Shown: positions 43,233 through 52,470 of the stretch, one piece after another
Layout of the letters: each line of letters opens with the position of its first letter
Numbering within the stretch: position 1 is the stretch's first letter
NCBI GenBank assembly: GCA_963991145.1
Contig: CAXDOZ010000001.1
Coordinates: forward strand, 6,617 to 70,616
Direction: 5' to 3'
DNA length: 64,000 bases
Source of the DNA: an uncultured Chitinophagales bacterium
GTDB lineage: Bacteria; Bacteroidota; Bacteroidia; Chitinophagales; JABDMM01
The notes under the pieces: generated by a model
The model's input: the letters and a program-made list of their open reading frames with translations, nothing else
Databases searched by the model: none
Told to the model about the DNA's origin: nothing
Translations under genes and position numbers: made by a program

Positions 43233-45080
43233 ATGTGCGGGATCGCAGGATTCGTCCTTAAAAACTGCGACAACTCAAAAGAGCTGATTGATGGAATGAC
43301 ATCGGCTCTATCACACAGAGGCCCTGATGCACAGGGAACTTATCTGGATGGAGATCTGGCTTTTGGCCATCGACGATTAAGTATTCTTGACCTTAGAGAT
43401 TCTGCCAATCAGCCCATGCATTCTGAGGATGGGCGATATACAATGGTCTTCAATGGCGAGGTCTACAATTTCCAGGAAATTGCCACTGAGCTCGGTTCTG
43501 AAATGCAAACCACTGGCGACTCAGAAGTGATCCTGAAAGCATTTCAGAAATGGGGTCCGGATTGTCTCCAAAGGTTCAATGGGATGTTTTCATTGGCTAT
43601 TTGGGACAGAGAAGAACAGTCGTTATTCATTGCTCGTGATAGAATTGGAATTAAACCATTGTATGTCTACCAGCAAGATGGCGAAATAGCCTTCGCTTCA
43701 GAGTTAAAAAGTTTTGGTGCTTGCGCACCGATTAAAGAAAAGCTGAGCATTGATCACGAAGCCATCTATCACTATCTCTATCTGAGCTTTATTCCTGCTC
43801 CATATTCTGCTTATAAGCAGATCAGAAAATTCCCCAAAGGCTCATACGGCATCTTTAAGAATGGGGAATTAAGTATTCAAAGCTATTGGAATCTCGAAGA
43901 TCAAATTGATGGGAAACTCATAAGCGATGAGAGATCTGCGATCGAGCAGCTTGATGAAGCGCTTCAAAAATCTATCAGTTACAGAATGATCAGTGATGTT
44001 CCATTTGGAGCATTTCTTTCAGGTGGAACCGATAGCTCAACTGTTTGCGCGGTAGCTCAGGCATGCTCAGATAAGAATTTAAAAACCTTCTCCATCGGTT
44101 TTAAGGAGAGCAAGTTCAATGAAGCTCCTTTTGCCAAAGAGGTAGCCAAAGCAATTGGAACCGAGCATACTGAGTTCATGCTTTCTGAAATGGATGCGCT
44201 GGATATGTTTCCCCAGATCCTTGATACCTACGACGAGCCATTTGCAGATAGCTCTTCAATTCCTACAATGCTGGTTTCAAAGCTTGCAAGAAAGGATGTT
44301 ACCGTTGTCCTTACCGGTGATGGGGGCGATGAGCTTTTCCATGGTTATGGATCATATAATTGGGCTCAGCGAATTCAAAATCCTCTTTTAAGAGCAGGGA
44401 GAAAACTGATCGGACCGGCAATGTCTTTAGCCGGTGAGCGATTTGAACGGGCCGGAAAGCTGATCAACTACTCAGATAAAAATAGGCTCAAGAGCCACAT
44501 CTTCTCTCAGGAACAATACGCTTTTACTGATAAGGAGCTTTCTGAGATGTGGAATGGAAGGGGTGAAATTAAATTGGATGAGCTTGTAAAGTCCTCCAAA
44601 AGAGACTTGAGTCCTGTAGAAGAACAGGCCCTTTTTGATCTCCGATATTATATGCCTGATGATTTATTGGTCAAAGTAGATAGAGCCAGCATGCTTACTG
44701 CCCTGGAAGCAAGAGTGCCAATTTTGGACCACCATGTGGTAAGCCTTGCATTGAATATCGATCCCAGTTTAAAGATCAAAAATGGCGATTCAAAGTGGGT
44801 CCTGAAGCAGGTGCTTTACAGGTATCTCCCGGAATCTCTTTTTGATCGCCCTAAATGGGGATTTGGAATGCCATTGGTAAACTGGCTCAAAGGCCCGCTA
44901 TCAGGCTGGATCGACCTGTATCTATCCGATGAGATCGTGGAAGAAGCAGGTCTGGTGAACTTGCAATTTGTTAAAGCTCTGCGGACTTCTTTTTTTGAGG
45001 GTAAGACATATCTTTACCACCGCTTATGGCTGCTGATACTGCTACACAAGTGGTATAGCGAAACTAGTTTGGTAAAATGA
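43233..45080 (+). CDS. Glutamine-hydrolysing asparagine-synthase-family amidotransferase (WbpS-like; probable uronic acid to uronamide)
   Basis: 615 aa with the Ntn glutaminase start 'MCGIAGFV', 'GHRRLSILD', the PP-loop 'FLSGGTDSS' and 'LTGDGGDELF'. Its context is directly after wbpB. Confidence 0.8.
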   Translation: MCGIAGFVLKNCDNSKELIDGMTSALSHRGPDAQGTYLDGDLAFGHRRLSILDLRDSANQPMHSEDGRYTMVFNGEVYNFQEIATELGSEMQTTGDSEVILKAFQKWGPDCLQRFNGMFSLAIWDREEQSLFIARDRIGIKPLYVYQQDGEIAFASELKSFGACAPIKEKLSIDHEAIYHYLYLSFIPAPYSAYKQIRKFPKGSYGIFKNGELSIQSYWNLEDQIDGKLISDERSAIEQLDEALQKSISYRMISDVPFGAFLSGGTDSSTVCAVAQACSDKNLKTFSIGFKESKFNEAPFAKEVAKAIGTEHTEFMLSEMDALDMFPQILDTYDEPFADSSSIPTMLVSKLARKDVTVVLTGDGGDELFHGYGSYNWAQRIQNPLLRAGRKLIGPAMSLAGERFERAGKLINYSDKNRLKSHIFSQEQYAFTDKELSEMWNGRGEIKLDELVKSSKRDLSPVEEQALFDLRYYMPDDLLVKVDRASMLTALEARVPILDHHVVSLALNIDPSLKIKNGDSKWVLKQVLYRYLPESLFDRPKWGFGMPLVNWLKGPLSGWIDLYLSDEIVEEAGLVNLQFVKALRTSFFEGKTYLYHRLWLLILLHKWYSETSLVK

Positions 45081-46027
45081 GAATAACCCTCACCGGAGCA
45101 GCCGGATTCATCGGTTCACATACTTGCAAAAGACTTCTTGATCAGGGGCATGAGATTGTAGGAATAGACAATTACGATCCATTCTACGACCGCGGAATCA
45201 AGCAGAAGAATCTTGAGGCTCTAATTGAGCATCCCAACTTTACTTTCAAAGAGATCGACTTCCGCTTTGCGGATCAACTTCAGGAATTAGAGGGATCGGA
45301 TATGCTGATCCATTTAGCTGCAAAAGCAGGTGTACTTCCTTCAAAGAAAGATCCATCTGGTTATGTAGAAACCAATATTGGAGGTACAATGAACTTGCTG
45401 GAGTGGATGCGCTCCCGCGATATGAAAAAGCTTCTTTTTGCAAGTTCATCATCCGTTTACGGAAACAATAAGAAGATCCCTTTCAATGAGGATGACTTTG
45501 TAGGAGAGCCTATCTCACCATACGCTTTCACCAAGAGGTCATGCGAGCTGATGAACCATAGCTATCATCACCTTTATGATTTTGATATCCTCAACCTAAG
45601 ATTCTTTACAGTTTATGGTCCGGCCCAAAGACCGGATCTCGCAATACACAAGTTTGTGCGCCTTTTTGATGAGGGCAAAACAATTCAAATGTATGGCGAT
45701 GGTACCACTGCCAGAGACTACACTTATGTTCAGGATACCGTTACAGGAATCGTCTCAGCAGTAAAATATCTTCAGGAACACGATAATGTTTTTGAGATCA
45801 TCAATCTTGGAAATAATCAGCCTGTGAAACTGAAAATATTGATAGACAGTATCGCAGAAGCAATGAACATCACTCCAAAGATTGAACAGGTTCCCCCAAA
45901 ATCTGGTGATGTAGATATTACCTTTGCCGACATTAGCAAGGCTAAAGAACTACTGAACTACAATCCCCAAACCAGTCTTCAGGAAGGTCTGAAGAATTTC
46001 TTAGAATGGTATGAGCACAACCGCTAA
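45077..46027 (+). CDS. NAD-dependent SDR epimerase, UDP-uronate 4-epimerase-like
   Basis: 316 aa with 'ITLTGAAGFIGSH', 'SPYAFTKRSCE' (YxxxK) and 'RFFTVYGPAQRPDLA', typical of Cap1J/LpsL-type uronate 4-epimerases. ATGA overlap with the upstream gene. Confidence 0.7.
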   Translation: MRITLTGAAGFIGSHTCKRLLDQGHEIVGIDNYDPFYDRGIKQKNLEALIEHPNFTFKEIDFRFADQLQELEGSDMLIHLAAKAGVLPSKKDPSGYVETNIGGTMNLLEWMRSRDMKKLLFASSSSVYGNNKKIPFNEDDFVGEPISPYAFTKRSCELMNHSYHHLYDFDILNLRFFTVYGPAQRPDLAIHKFVRLFDEGKTIQMYGDGTTARDYTYVQDTVTGIVSAVKYLQEHDNVFEIINLGNNQPVKLKILIDSIAEAMNITPKIEQVPPKSGDVDITFADISKAKELLNYNPQTSLQEGLKNFLEWYEHNR

Positions 46028-47255
46028 ACCGCGTATCCTTTACATTGCCTACGACGGATTAACTGACAACCTGGGCCAATCACAGATTCTGGCTTACATA
46101 AAGCTTCTGGCTCAAAAAGGTCTTAGCTATACAGTTTTTAGTCATGAAAAGCCTGAGCTCTACGAAGCAAATAAGCAAACGGTTCTAGATGCGATTGAAG
46201 GACTTGATATCAAGTGGGTTCCAAATACCTATCATAAGTCTCCACCCGTGCTTTCTACTTATGGAGATGTGCAGAGAGGATGGAAAAACCTTCAGGAACT
46301 GGTAAAGACCGATGGAGTTTTTGACGTGGTCCATTGTCGCTCTTATATAGCTTCCATCTTAGGATTGCGCCTGAAACGGAAGTATGGAACCAAGTTCTAC
46401 TTTGATATGCGTGGTTGGTTCGCAGATGAAAGGAAAGAGAGTGGCTTCTGGTCGGGCTTTCCCTACAATTTCGTCTACAACTACTTCAAAGATCTGGAGA
46501 AGACCTTCTTCAGAGAATGTGATTACGCCAATAGTCTGACTTTCGTAGGTCAAAGAGAGATCGAGAAACAAGGATTGAAATCACCTGACCTGGTAAGTGT
46601 GATCCCTACCTGTGTTGACCTCAATCTATTCAAAGAATATAATGACGCCCTCCGGGCGGATGTCCGTTCAGAGTTGAATATTAAAGAGGGAGCCAGAGTG
46701 CTCGTTTACTCCGGCACCATCGAAGGAAAGTATAGAGAAGAGTCGATCATGAATGTCTACAAGGCTCTTTTAAATATCGATCCTGACGCTTACTTCCTTC
46801 TTTTGACAACTACGCCGGAAGACTATGTCAGGAATTGTGTTGACGAATACGATCTGCCTCAGGATAAGGTGAGAATTACTTACTCGCAGTTTAAGAATGT
46901 GCACCGTTATCTGATCGCTTCAGATATTGGATTGATCATGTATGATAATGCCTTTTCCGTCATCGGGCGGAGCCCAACAAAACTGGGTGAATACTGGGCA
47001 TGTGGCGTACCGGCAATTTCACATGGTGATTTTGGAGACCTTAGATTCCTGATGGAGAAGTATCCTGCAGGAGGAGCTCTCTTTGAGGATTTCAATGTTG
47101 AGTCCTATCAAAAAGCTCTTCAATCCTGTATTGATTCTAATCCTGCAAAAGAAACCTTGAGATCTTATGCTGAGGATTATTTTGATGTAGGGAAGGGCGC
47201 AGATAACTATAAGATTTACCTCGATAAAATGCTTAACGATGTCACAGGGTCTTAG
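46011..47255 (+). CDS. GT4-family glycosyltransferase
   Basis: 414 aa with 'RILYIAYDGLTDNLGQSQILAYIKLLAQKG', 'RVLVYSGTIEGKY' and 'SPTKLGEYWACGVPAISHG'. Confidence 0.8.
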   Translation: MSTTAKPRILYIAYDGLTDNLGQSQILAYIKLLAQKGLSYTVFSHEKPELYEANKQTVLDAIEGLDIKWVPNTYHKSPPVLSTYGDVQRGWKNLQELVKTDGVFDVVHCRSYIASILGLRLKRKYGTKFYFDMRGWFADERKESGFWSGFPYNFVYNYFKDLEKTFFRECDYANSLTFVGQREIEKQGLKSPDLVSVIPTCVDLNLFKEYNDALRADVRSELNIKEGARVLVYSGTIEGKYREESIMNVYKALLNIDPDAYFLLLTTTPEDYVRNCVDEYDLPQDKVRITYSQFKNVHRYLIASDIGLIMYDNAFSVIGRSPTKLGEYWACGVPAISHGDFGDLRFLMEKYPAGGALFEDFNVESYQKALQSCIDSNPAKETLRSYAEDYFDVGKGADNYKIYLDKMLNDVTGS

Positions 47256-48162
47256 CTGGAACTATGAAGAAGTAGGTTGCCCGGTTTGTGGTCAGGCAGC
47301 ATATGAAAAGCTGGGTATTCGCGGAAACAGAGAGTACAGTGGAGCGGATCCAAAGGCTGAGCCCCATATGGTTACCAATGTAGCTCGATGCAAAAATTGT
47401 GGCTTCATCTACACCAATCCAATGATTCGTGGGGTAGAGCATCTTGAACTCGAGCATTACAGAAATGCAGAAGCATATCAGTCCAGCAGGATTGATGATG
47501 TTTCAGGGATGTTCAGGTCCAGGGTAGATGTACTGAAGAAAATCAAGCCAGCAGGAGATCTCTTAGATGTTGGTGCAGGCAAAGGGGAATTCCTCAGTGA
47601 GGCTATTAAGGCCGGATTTACTGGCGAAGGAGTTGAACCTTCAGGAGTTTTCTGTGAGTTTGCAAGGAAGAATTACGGCGTTACAATGCATCAGGGTCTG
47701 TTGGGACAAACAGATTCAGTGGATGGTAAAACCTATGATCTGATTTCATTACTCCATGTTCTTGAGCATGTGGATGACCCAAATTCTTTGATGGAGACCT
47801 TCAAGAATTACTTGAAAAAGGATGGGGTCTTATTTATCGAAGTCCCTAATACTGAGTCTACCTTCCTGAAGATCATCGATCGCTATTACAAGATGAAAGG
47901 TCTGAACTGGTCCAGCCGATTGTCGCCGCTTCATCCTCCATTTCATAAGTATGGATACAATCCCAGGAGCTTGAGGTACATATTGGAGAGTCATGGCTTT
48001 GAGGTATTAAAAATGTGGACGCTCAGCGGCAAAGACAGAGGCTTTGAAAAGAAGAAAGGTGTCGCCGGATTGGAAGTTGGACTAAGAGATCTGGCAACGA
48101 ATATGATCGATATGTGGGGTAACCGTGAACTTCTATGCGCAGTTGCGCGTCAAAAGCAGTAG
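47239..48162 (+). CDS. Class I SAM-dependent methyltransferase with an N-terminal Cys4 zinc ribbon
   Basis: 307 aa with 'CPVCGQ...CKNCGF', SAM motif I 'LLDVGAGKGEF' and 'LISLLHVLEHVDDP'. Confidence 0.85.
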   Translation: MSQGLSWNYEEVGCPVCGQAAYEKLGIRGNREYSGADPKAEPHMVTNVARCKNCGFIYTNPMIRGVEHLELEHYRNAEAYQSSRIDDVSGMFRSRVDVLKKIKPAGDLLDVGAGKGEFLSEAIKAGFTGEGVEPSGVFCEFARKNYGVTMHQGLLGQTDSVDGKTYDLISLLHVLEHVDDPNSLMETFKNYLKKDGVLFIEVPNTESTFLKIIDRYYKMKGLNWSSRLSPLHPPFHKYGYNPRSLRYILESHGFEVLKMWTLSGKDRGFEKKKGVAGLEVGLRDLATNMIDMWGNRELLCAVARQKQ

Positions 48163-48163
48163 C

Positions 48164-49252
48164 ATGGCTAAGAAGAAAAGGATACTTGTTTTAAGCCCAT
48201 CCCCCGAAGGGGTAAATCCCGGACAGAGACTGAAGTACGAGCAGTATTATGACTACCTGCGTGAGAACGGGTATGAGCTCACTCTTTCCTCTTTCCAGAC
48301 CATGCGATTCTGGAACATCATTTACAAGCCCGGTAGGTTTTTCGAGAAGGTCTTTTGGACACTTTGGGGCTATACAAAGAGATTGTACGATATCATGCGT
48401 GCTCCATTCTATGATGGGGTTTACATGTTCTTATGGGTGACTCCATTTGGGACTCCACTATACGAATGGCTGCTTCACAAAATGAATAGCAAGATCATTT
48501 TTGATCTTGACGATATGGTTTTTCTCGGCCATAAGAGTGAGGCAAATGCCCTGATTGCACCTTTGAAGGGCAAATCAAAAATGCTCTACATGATGAAAGT
48601 GTCGAAGCATGTGATCATTTGCACGCCCAAGCTTGAAGAGATCGCCAGGCAGTATAATGATCGTGTAACCGATATCTCCAGCACCTTTGACACCGACCGT
48701 TTTATCCCAGTCAAGGAGTATAAGAATAATGGTAGGATCACCATTGGCTGGACCGGTAGTCACAGTACGCTTAAGTATTTGCACCTCCTCGACGATGTAA
48801 TTCAGGAAGTGGCAAAGCAGCGAGATATCAAGTTGCGGGTAATTGCAGATAAAGAATTTGAACTGGATGGGGTTGATGTAGAATACATTCCATGGACCAG
48901 CGAGAATGAAGTAGCAGACCTGCATGCCATTGACATTGGGCTCTATCCACTACCTATCGAGGATTGGGTACTTGGGAAGAGCGGCTGTAAGACCATAACC
49001 TATATGTCCATTGCTATTCCATCCGTATCGACGGGCTATGGTACCATCTTCAGAGTAGTTGAAGATGAGAAGGAAGGACTGCTTGTGGTAGAGAAGGAAG
49101 AATGGGTTGAAGCCATAATTCGCCTGATTGATGATGTCGAGCTGAGAGAGCGAATTGGAAAAGCAGGCCGGGAAAAGGTTCTCAATAATTTTTCTGTCTA
49201 CGCTAATAGAGATAAGTACCTCTCCATCTATCGCGAAGTCTACGGAGCATAA
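48164..49252 (+). CDS. GT-B-fold glycosyltransferase (GT4/GT1-like), paralogue of the 30127-31305 gene
   Basis: 'KKKRILVLSPSPEG', 'ITIGWTGSHSTLKYL' and 'EKEGLLVVEKEEWVEAIIRLIDDVELRERIGKAGRE'. ATG 48164 lies 1 nt after the upstream stop. The track start 48125 overlaps the upstream gene. Confidence 0.75.
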   Translation: MAKKKRILVLSPSPEGVNPGQRLKYEQYYDYLRENGYELTLSSFQTMRFWNIIYKPGRFFEKVFWTLWGYTKRLYDIMRAPFYDGVYMFLWVTPFGTPLYEWLLHKMNSKIIFDLDDMVFLGHKSEANALIAPLKGKSKMLYMMKVSKHVIICTPKLEEIARQYNDRVTDISSTFDTDRFIPVKEYKNNGRITIGWTGSHSTLKYLHLLDDVIQEVAKQRDIKLRVIADKEFELDGVDVEYIPWTSENEVADLHAIDIGLYPLPIEDWVLGKSGCKTITYMSIAIPSVSTGYGTIFRVVEDEKEGLLVVEKEEWVEAIIRLIDDVELRERIGKAGREKVLNNFSVYANRDKYLSIYREVYGA

Positions 49253-49324
49253 CAAAGCCTGCCTTTAATGTTTTATTAAGTTTTGGGATGTCATTTTATT
49301 CTATTTTAGCCGCCTGAAACCCCT

Positions 49325-50254
49325 ATGAGTATGAGATCTGAAAGAGTTTTGATTACAGGCTGCGGTGGAATGTTAGGAAGAGCGGCCTATGAGATCTTTT
49401 CTTCTAAGTATGAAACTGTAAAAGCCACTGATATCGATCTGAATCAGGATTGGCTTTCCTATTTAGATGTTCGCAAGCTGGATGAGTGTATTGCTGTGTT
49501 TGAGGACTTCAAACCCGACCTTGTTTTGCACCTTGCTGCTCATACAGACCTAGAGTACTGTGAGCAGAATGAGGAGGATTCCTGGTTAACAAATGCCCTG
49601 GGGACTGAGAATATCGCTTTACTTGCTGAGAAGCACGGCTGTGAGATGGTTTATATCTCTACCGCTGGGATCTTTGGTGGTGAGCAGGAGTACTTTACAG
49701 ACTTTGACGCCCCAAATCCTTTGAGCCATTATGCCAAAGGAAAGTATTACGGGGAGCTATTTGTGTTGAATAGAGTTTCTAAATCTTATGTTTTCCGTCC
49801 GGGATGGATGATGGGTGGCGGTCCTGATAAGGATAAGAAGTTTGTAAACAAGATCTTCAAGCAGATCACGGCTGGTCAGAAAGAGCTTTTTGTTGTTGAC
49901 GATAAACTGGGAACTCCGACCTATACCTACGATTTTGCCGGTTCTATATCAAAGGTGATTGAAACCGGTTTCTACGGATTATACAATCAGGTTTGTGGAG
50001 GTTCATGCAGCCGATATGATGTCGCTGTTGAGTTTGTAAAACTCCTGGGCCTTGATGACGAGATCAAAGTGACCAAGGTTGATTCAGATTATTTCAAGAA
50101 CGACTATTTCGCGCCAAGACCTTATTCTGAAAAACTCATCAACCTAAAGCTTGATGCTCGTGGAATTAACCACATGCGCGATTGGAAAGTATGTCTTGAG
50201 GAGTATGCTGAGGTATACAAAGAGTATCTGGTAGAACACGGAATTCAGGCCTAG
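49325..50254 (+). CDS. RmlD-like NAD(P)-dependent sugar-nucleotide reductase (SDR, RmlD substrate-binding family)
   Basis: 309 aa with 'RVLITGCGGMLGRA', 'VLHLAAHTDLEYCE', 'YAKGKYYGE' (YxxxK) and 'VVDDKLGTPTYTYDFA'. Confidence 0.75.
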   Translation: MSMRSERVLITGCGGMLGRAAYEIFSSKYETVKATDIDLNQDWLSYLDVRKLDECIAVFEDFKPDLVLHLAAHTDLEYCEQNEEDSWLTNALGTENIALLAEKHGCEMVYISTAGIFGGEQEYFTDFDAPNPLSHYAKGKYYGELFVLNRVSKSYVFRPGWMMGGGPDKDKKFVNKIFKQITAGQKELFVVDDKLGTPTYTYDFAGSISKVIETGFYGLYNQVCGGSCSRYDVAVEFVKLLGLDDEIKVTKVDSDYFKNDYFAPRPYSEKLINLKLDARGINHMRDWKVCLEEYAEVYKEYLVEHGIQA

Positions 50255-51567
50255 CCAGGCTGGATTCTTCCTTTCTTTATTTCCCATAAGTAAGCCAATA
50301 CCATTGCATAGAATGGTAAGCAGGGGATCTTATATCTAACCAGTGCTCCGAAATTGTAGGAGGTGAAACCCACTCCAAATGCAAAGATCAAAGCAAAGAT
50401 CAGGGCGAACACGATGTATGGGTTTGACCATATGTGCGCGAAGGCTTTAAAGGGCCGGAGAAGAATCAGAATTATAGTGAAATAGAGAAAGAGGTTTGAT
50501 TCCAGGAATGCAAGAAAGAGTACTGGGTTTCCAGCTTCCCAGAGATAGGGTCTGAAAAGAGTAACATTAACAGCCTGAGGGAATTTTGAAGCTAATCCTG
50601 CTGGAGTAAATGAAACATCCCCAAGAGAATAATGCGAACCCTCATCGATCTTCTCCTCAACCACAGTATGCCAGCGCTGCATGTCTGTGGCCTTAGTTTC
50701 GATATTTTCAATCGAGAATTTCTGAAACTGATTTGCTAAAACCTGGAGAGTGACCGAGCCCAGGCCAAGTGATATGGCTATAACTACTGGCATAAGTACC
50801 CATCTGAATGCCGCACTCTTGATTCTATACTGGAATCTTAGGAATAGGAGAAAGAAAATTGATGGCATAAGTACCATCAGGATATAGCTTTTGATTACTC
50901 CAATTAGCCAAATAGAAACAATAAGAATAAACCACCTAAGGGGGGTCGTTCGTCCCTTTTCGACCAGATCATGGGCTATTGCAAAGACCCAACACAAACA
51001 TGAATAGGTTATAGTATCCTTAAATATTCCTGATCCCCAAAAGAAAGTTGAGGGCACAAACAGCGCTGCTACAGCAATTGCTGTTCCTCCTTTTGGAAAG
51101 ATCTTATGCCAGGCAACGAACATGGCCCAAACACCCAGGTAAGAAATACAGGCAAAGATTACAGCGATGGCGAAGTAACTTCCTAAAGAGAACAGATAAA
51201 AGATCGAGGCAATTTTGGGCACAATTACGGAGCTTTGATCTCTTGATACGATGGCATCAAGATGCACCTGAACATATGGATCCATAGATTCAGCCCCACT
51301 GAACATCACCTCAATGTACGTTCCAATATCATCGAGAAACAGGTCGGCGAGATAAGATGCCCGCTTATAATAGAAAACCGTATCTCCTGATTCGTAATAG
51401 TAGAAGTAAATGACTCCAGTTGCCAGGGCTCCTATAAGCTTGACCTGCAGACCTCTAACAAAGTACTTTTTCAGAAATGGATCATTGATTCCATTTTGAA
51501 TACCCTTTGCAAAGAAGTTTGCAAAAACGGCTAAGATGATCCCAAAAAGCAGGTCGAAAATTCCCAC
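50251..51567 (-). CDS. Polytopic inner-membrane protein of unknown function (candidate Wzy-like polymerase or ligase)
   Basis: 438 aa with a GTG start and ~11-12 hydrophobic segments. A ~60-aa hydrophilic loop reads 'QFQKFSIENIETKATDMQRWHTVVEEKIDEGSHYSLGDVSF...RPYLWE'. It is the only minus-strand gene inside the glycan locus. I recognise no family motif. Confidence 0.4.
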   Translation of the reverse strand: MGIFDLLFGIILAVFANFFAKGIQNGINDPFLKKYFVRGLQVKLIGALATGVIYFYYYESGDTVFYYKRASYLADLFLDDIGTYIEVMFSGAESMDPYVQVHLDAIVSRDQSSVIVPKIASIFYLFSLGSYFAIAVIFACISYLGVWAMFVAWHKIFPKGGTAIAVAALFVPSTFFWGSGIFKDTITYSCLCWVFAIAHDLVEKGRTTPLRWFILIVSIWLIGVIKSYILMVLMPSIFFLLFLRFQYRIKSAAFRWVLMPVVIAISLGLGSVTLQVLANQFQKFSIENIETKATDMQRWHTVVEEKIDEGSHYSLGDVSFTPAGLASKFPQAVNVTLFRPYLWEAGNPVLFLAFLESNLFLYFTIILILLRPFKAFAHIWSNPYIVFALIFALIFAFGVGFTSYNFGALVRYKIPCLPFYAMVLAYLWEIKKGRIQPG

Positions 51568-51656
51568 AGTCCAAATATCCTTAAATAAGCTTGTTCAAGG
51601 TGAATTAGATGCTCATTATTTAATTCCCCCAGACTATTGAAACTAGAAGGATTGCA

Positions 51657-51687
51657 TTGGGTTTATAGGTCATTCCTTCTATTTTTG
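51657..51687 (+). promoter_or_regulatory. Candidate Bacteroidota sigma-A-type promoter (-33 TTG / -7 TATTTTTG) for the 51713-58446 block
   Basis: 'TATTTTTG' at 51680-51687 matches the TAnnTTTG -7 consensus exactly. 'TTG' at 51657-51659 lies 20 nt upstream. The TTG start codon of the methyltransferase is at 51713. Confidence 0.4.
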
Positions 51688-51712
51688 ACCTCAAGTAAAT
51701 CAACCCCTGCTT

Positions 51713-52468
51713 TTGGACTCTCAGAATAATCAGGCGAAGGAATTCTTTAACGATATCGCCGATACCTACAAAGACAAGTACAAGAATTACAATAAGTTCC
51801 ACCATTACTTTTTCAATGAGAGGCTTAGAAAAGCATCTGAGGGATTCGATTTCCGAAATGCCACCATTCTGGATATTGGAACTGGTACCGGGGACCTTTA
51901 CGACCATCTTAAGTCAATAGATCTAAGCATAAATTTTTACGGCTCTGATATCGCTGAGAAGATGATTGCGGAAAGCAATATTCCAAAGGAAAATCAATTC
52001 GTGGGTAAGATCACTGAAATCGACCTGCCAAGGTCCGACTTTGATTATATCTATATGCTTGGGGTTACGACTTATCTTCCGGAGGATGAAATGGTTGAGA
52101 CATTGAAGACCATTGAGGCAAATCTTGCTCAGAATGGAAAGGCAATTTTGACTTTTACCAATTCAAACTCTTTCGACAATTTCAATCGAACTCTATTAAA
52201 GCTTCCAGTGAAACTGATGAAGTCAAAGAGGTCTGTTCTTGGTCAGGGGTTTAAGATCTATAAGTATAGTGTTTCGTCTGCAAAGGAGCTTGTAAATCCT
52301 TGGTTCAATGTGCAAGAGGTTAGGTATTTGAATCATACAGTTTTCCCCTGGAACCTGATTCTTAAGTCGGCAAGTGTTTCTTTGGCTAATCAGATAGATA
52401 AAATGGATGAGGGTCCTTTGCTTAGATCTTTATCTTCTGACTTTATGCTAGTCCTGTCTAAAAAGTAG
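51713..52468 (+). CDS. Class I SAM-dependent methyltransferase
   Basis: 251 aa with a TTG start; an in-frame stop lies at 51686-51688. SAM motif I 'ILDIGTGTGDL', then 'YIYMLGVTTYLPEDE' and 'NGKAILTFTN'. Confidence 0.8.
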   Translation: MDSQNNQAKEFFNDIADTYKDKYKNYNKFHHYFFNERLRKASEGFDFRNATILDIGTGTGDLYDHLKSIDLSINFYGSDIAEKMIAESNIPKENQFVGKITEIDLPRSDFDYIYMLGVTTYLPEDEMVETLKTIEANLAQNGKAILTFTNSNSFDNFNRTLLKLPVKLMKSKRSVLGQGFKIYKYSVSSAKELVNPWFNVQEVRYLNHTVFPWNLILKSASVSLANQIDKMDEGPLLRSLSSDFMLVLSKK

Positions 52469-52470
52469 AA

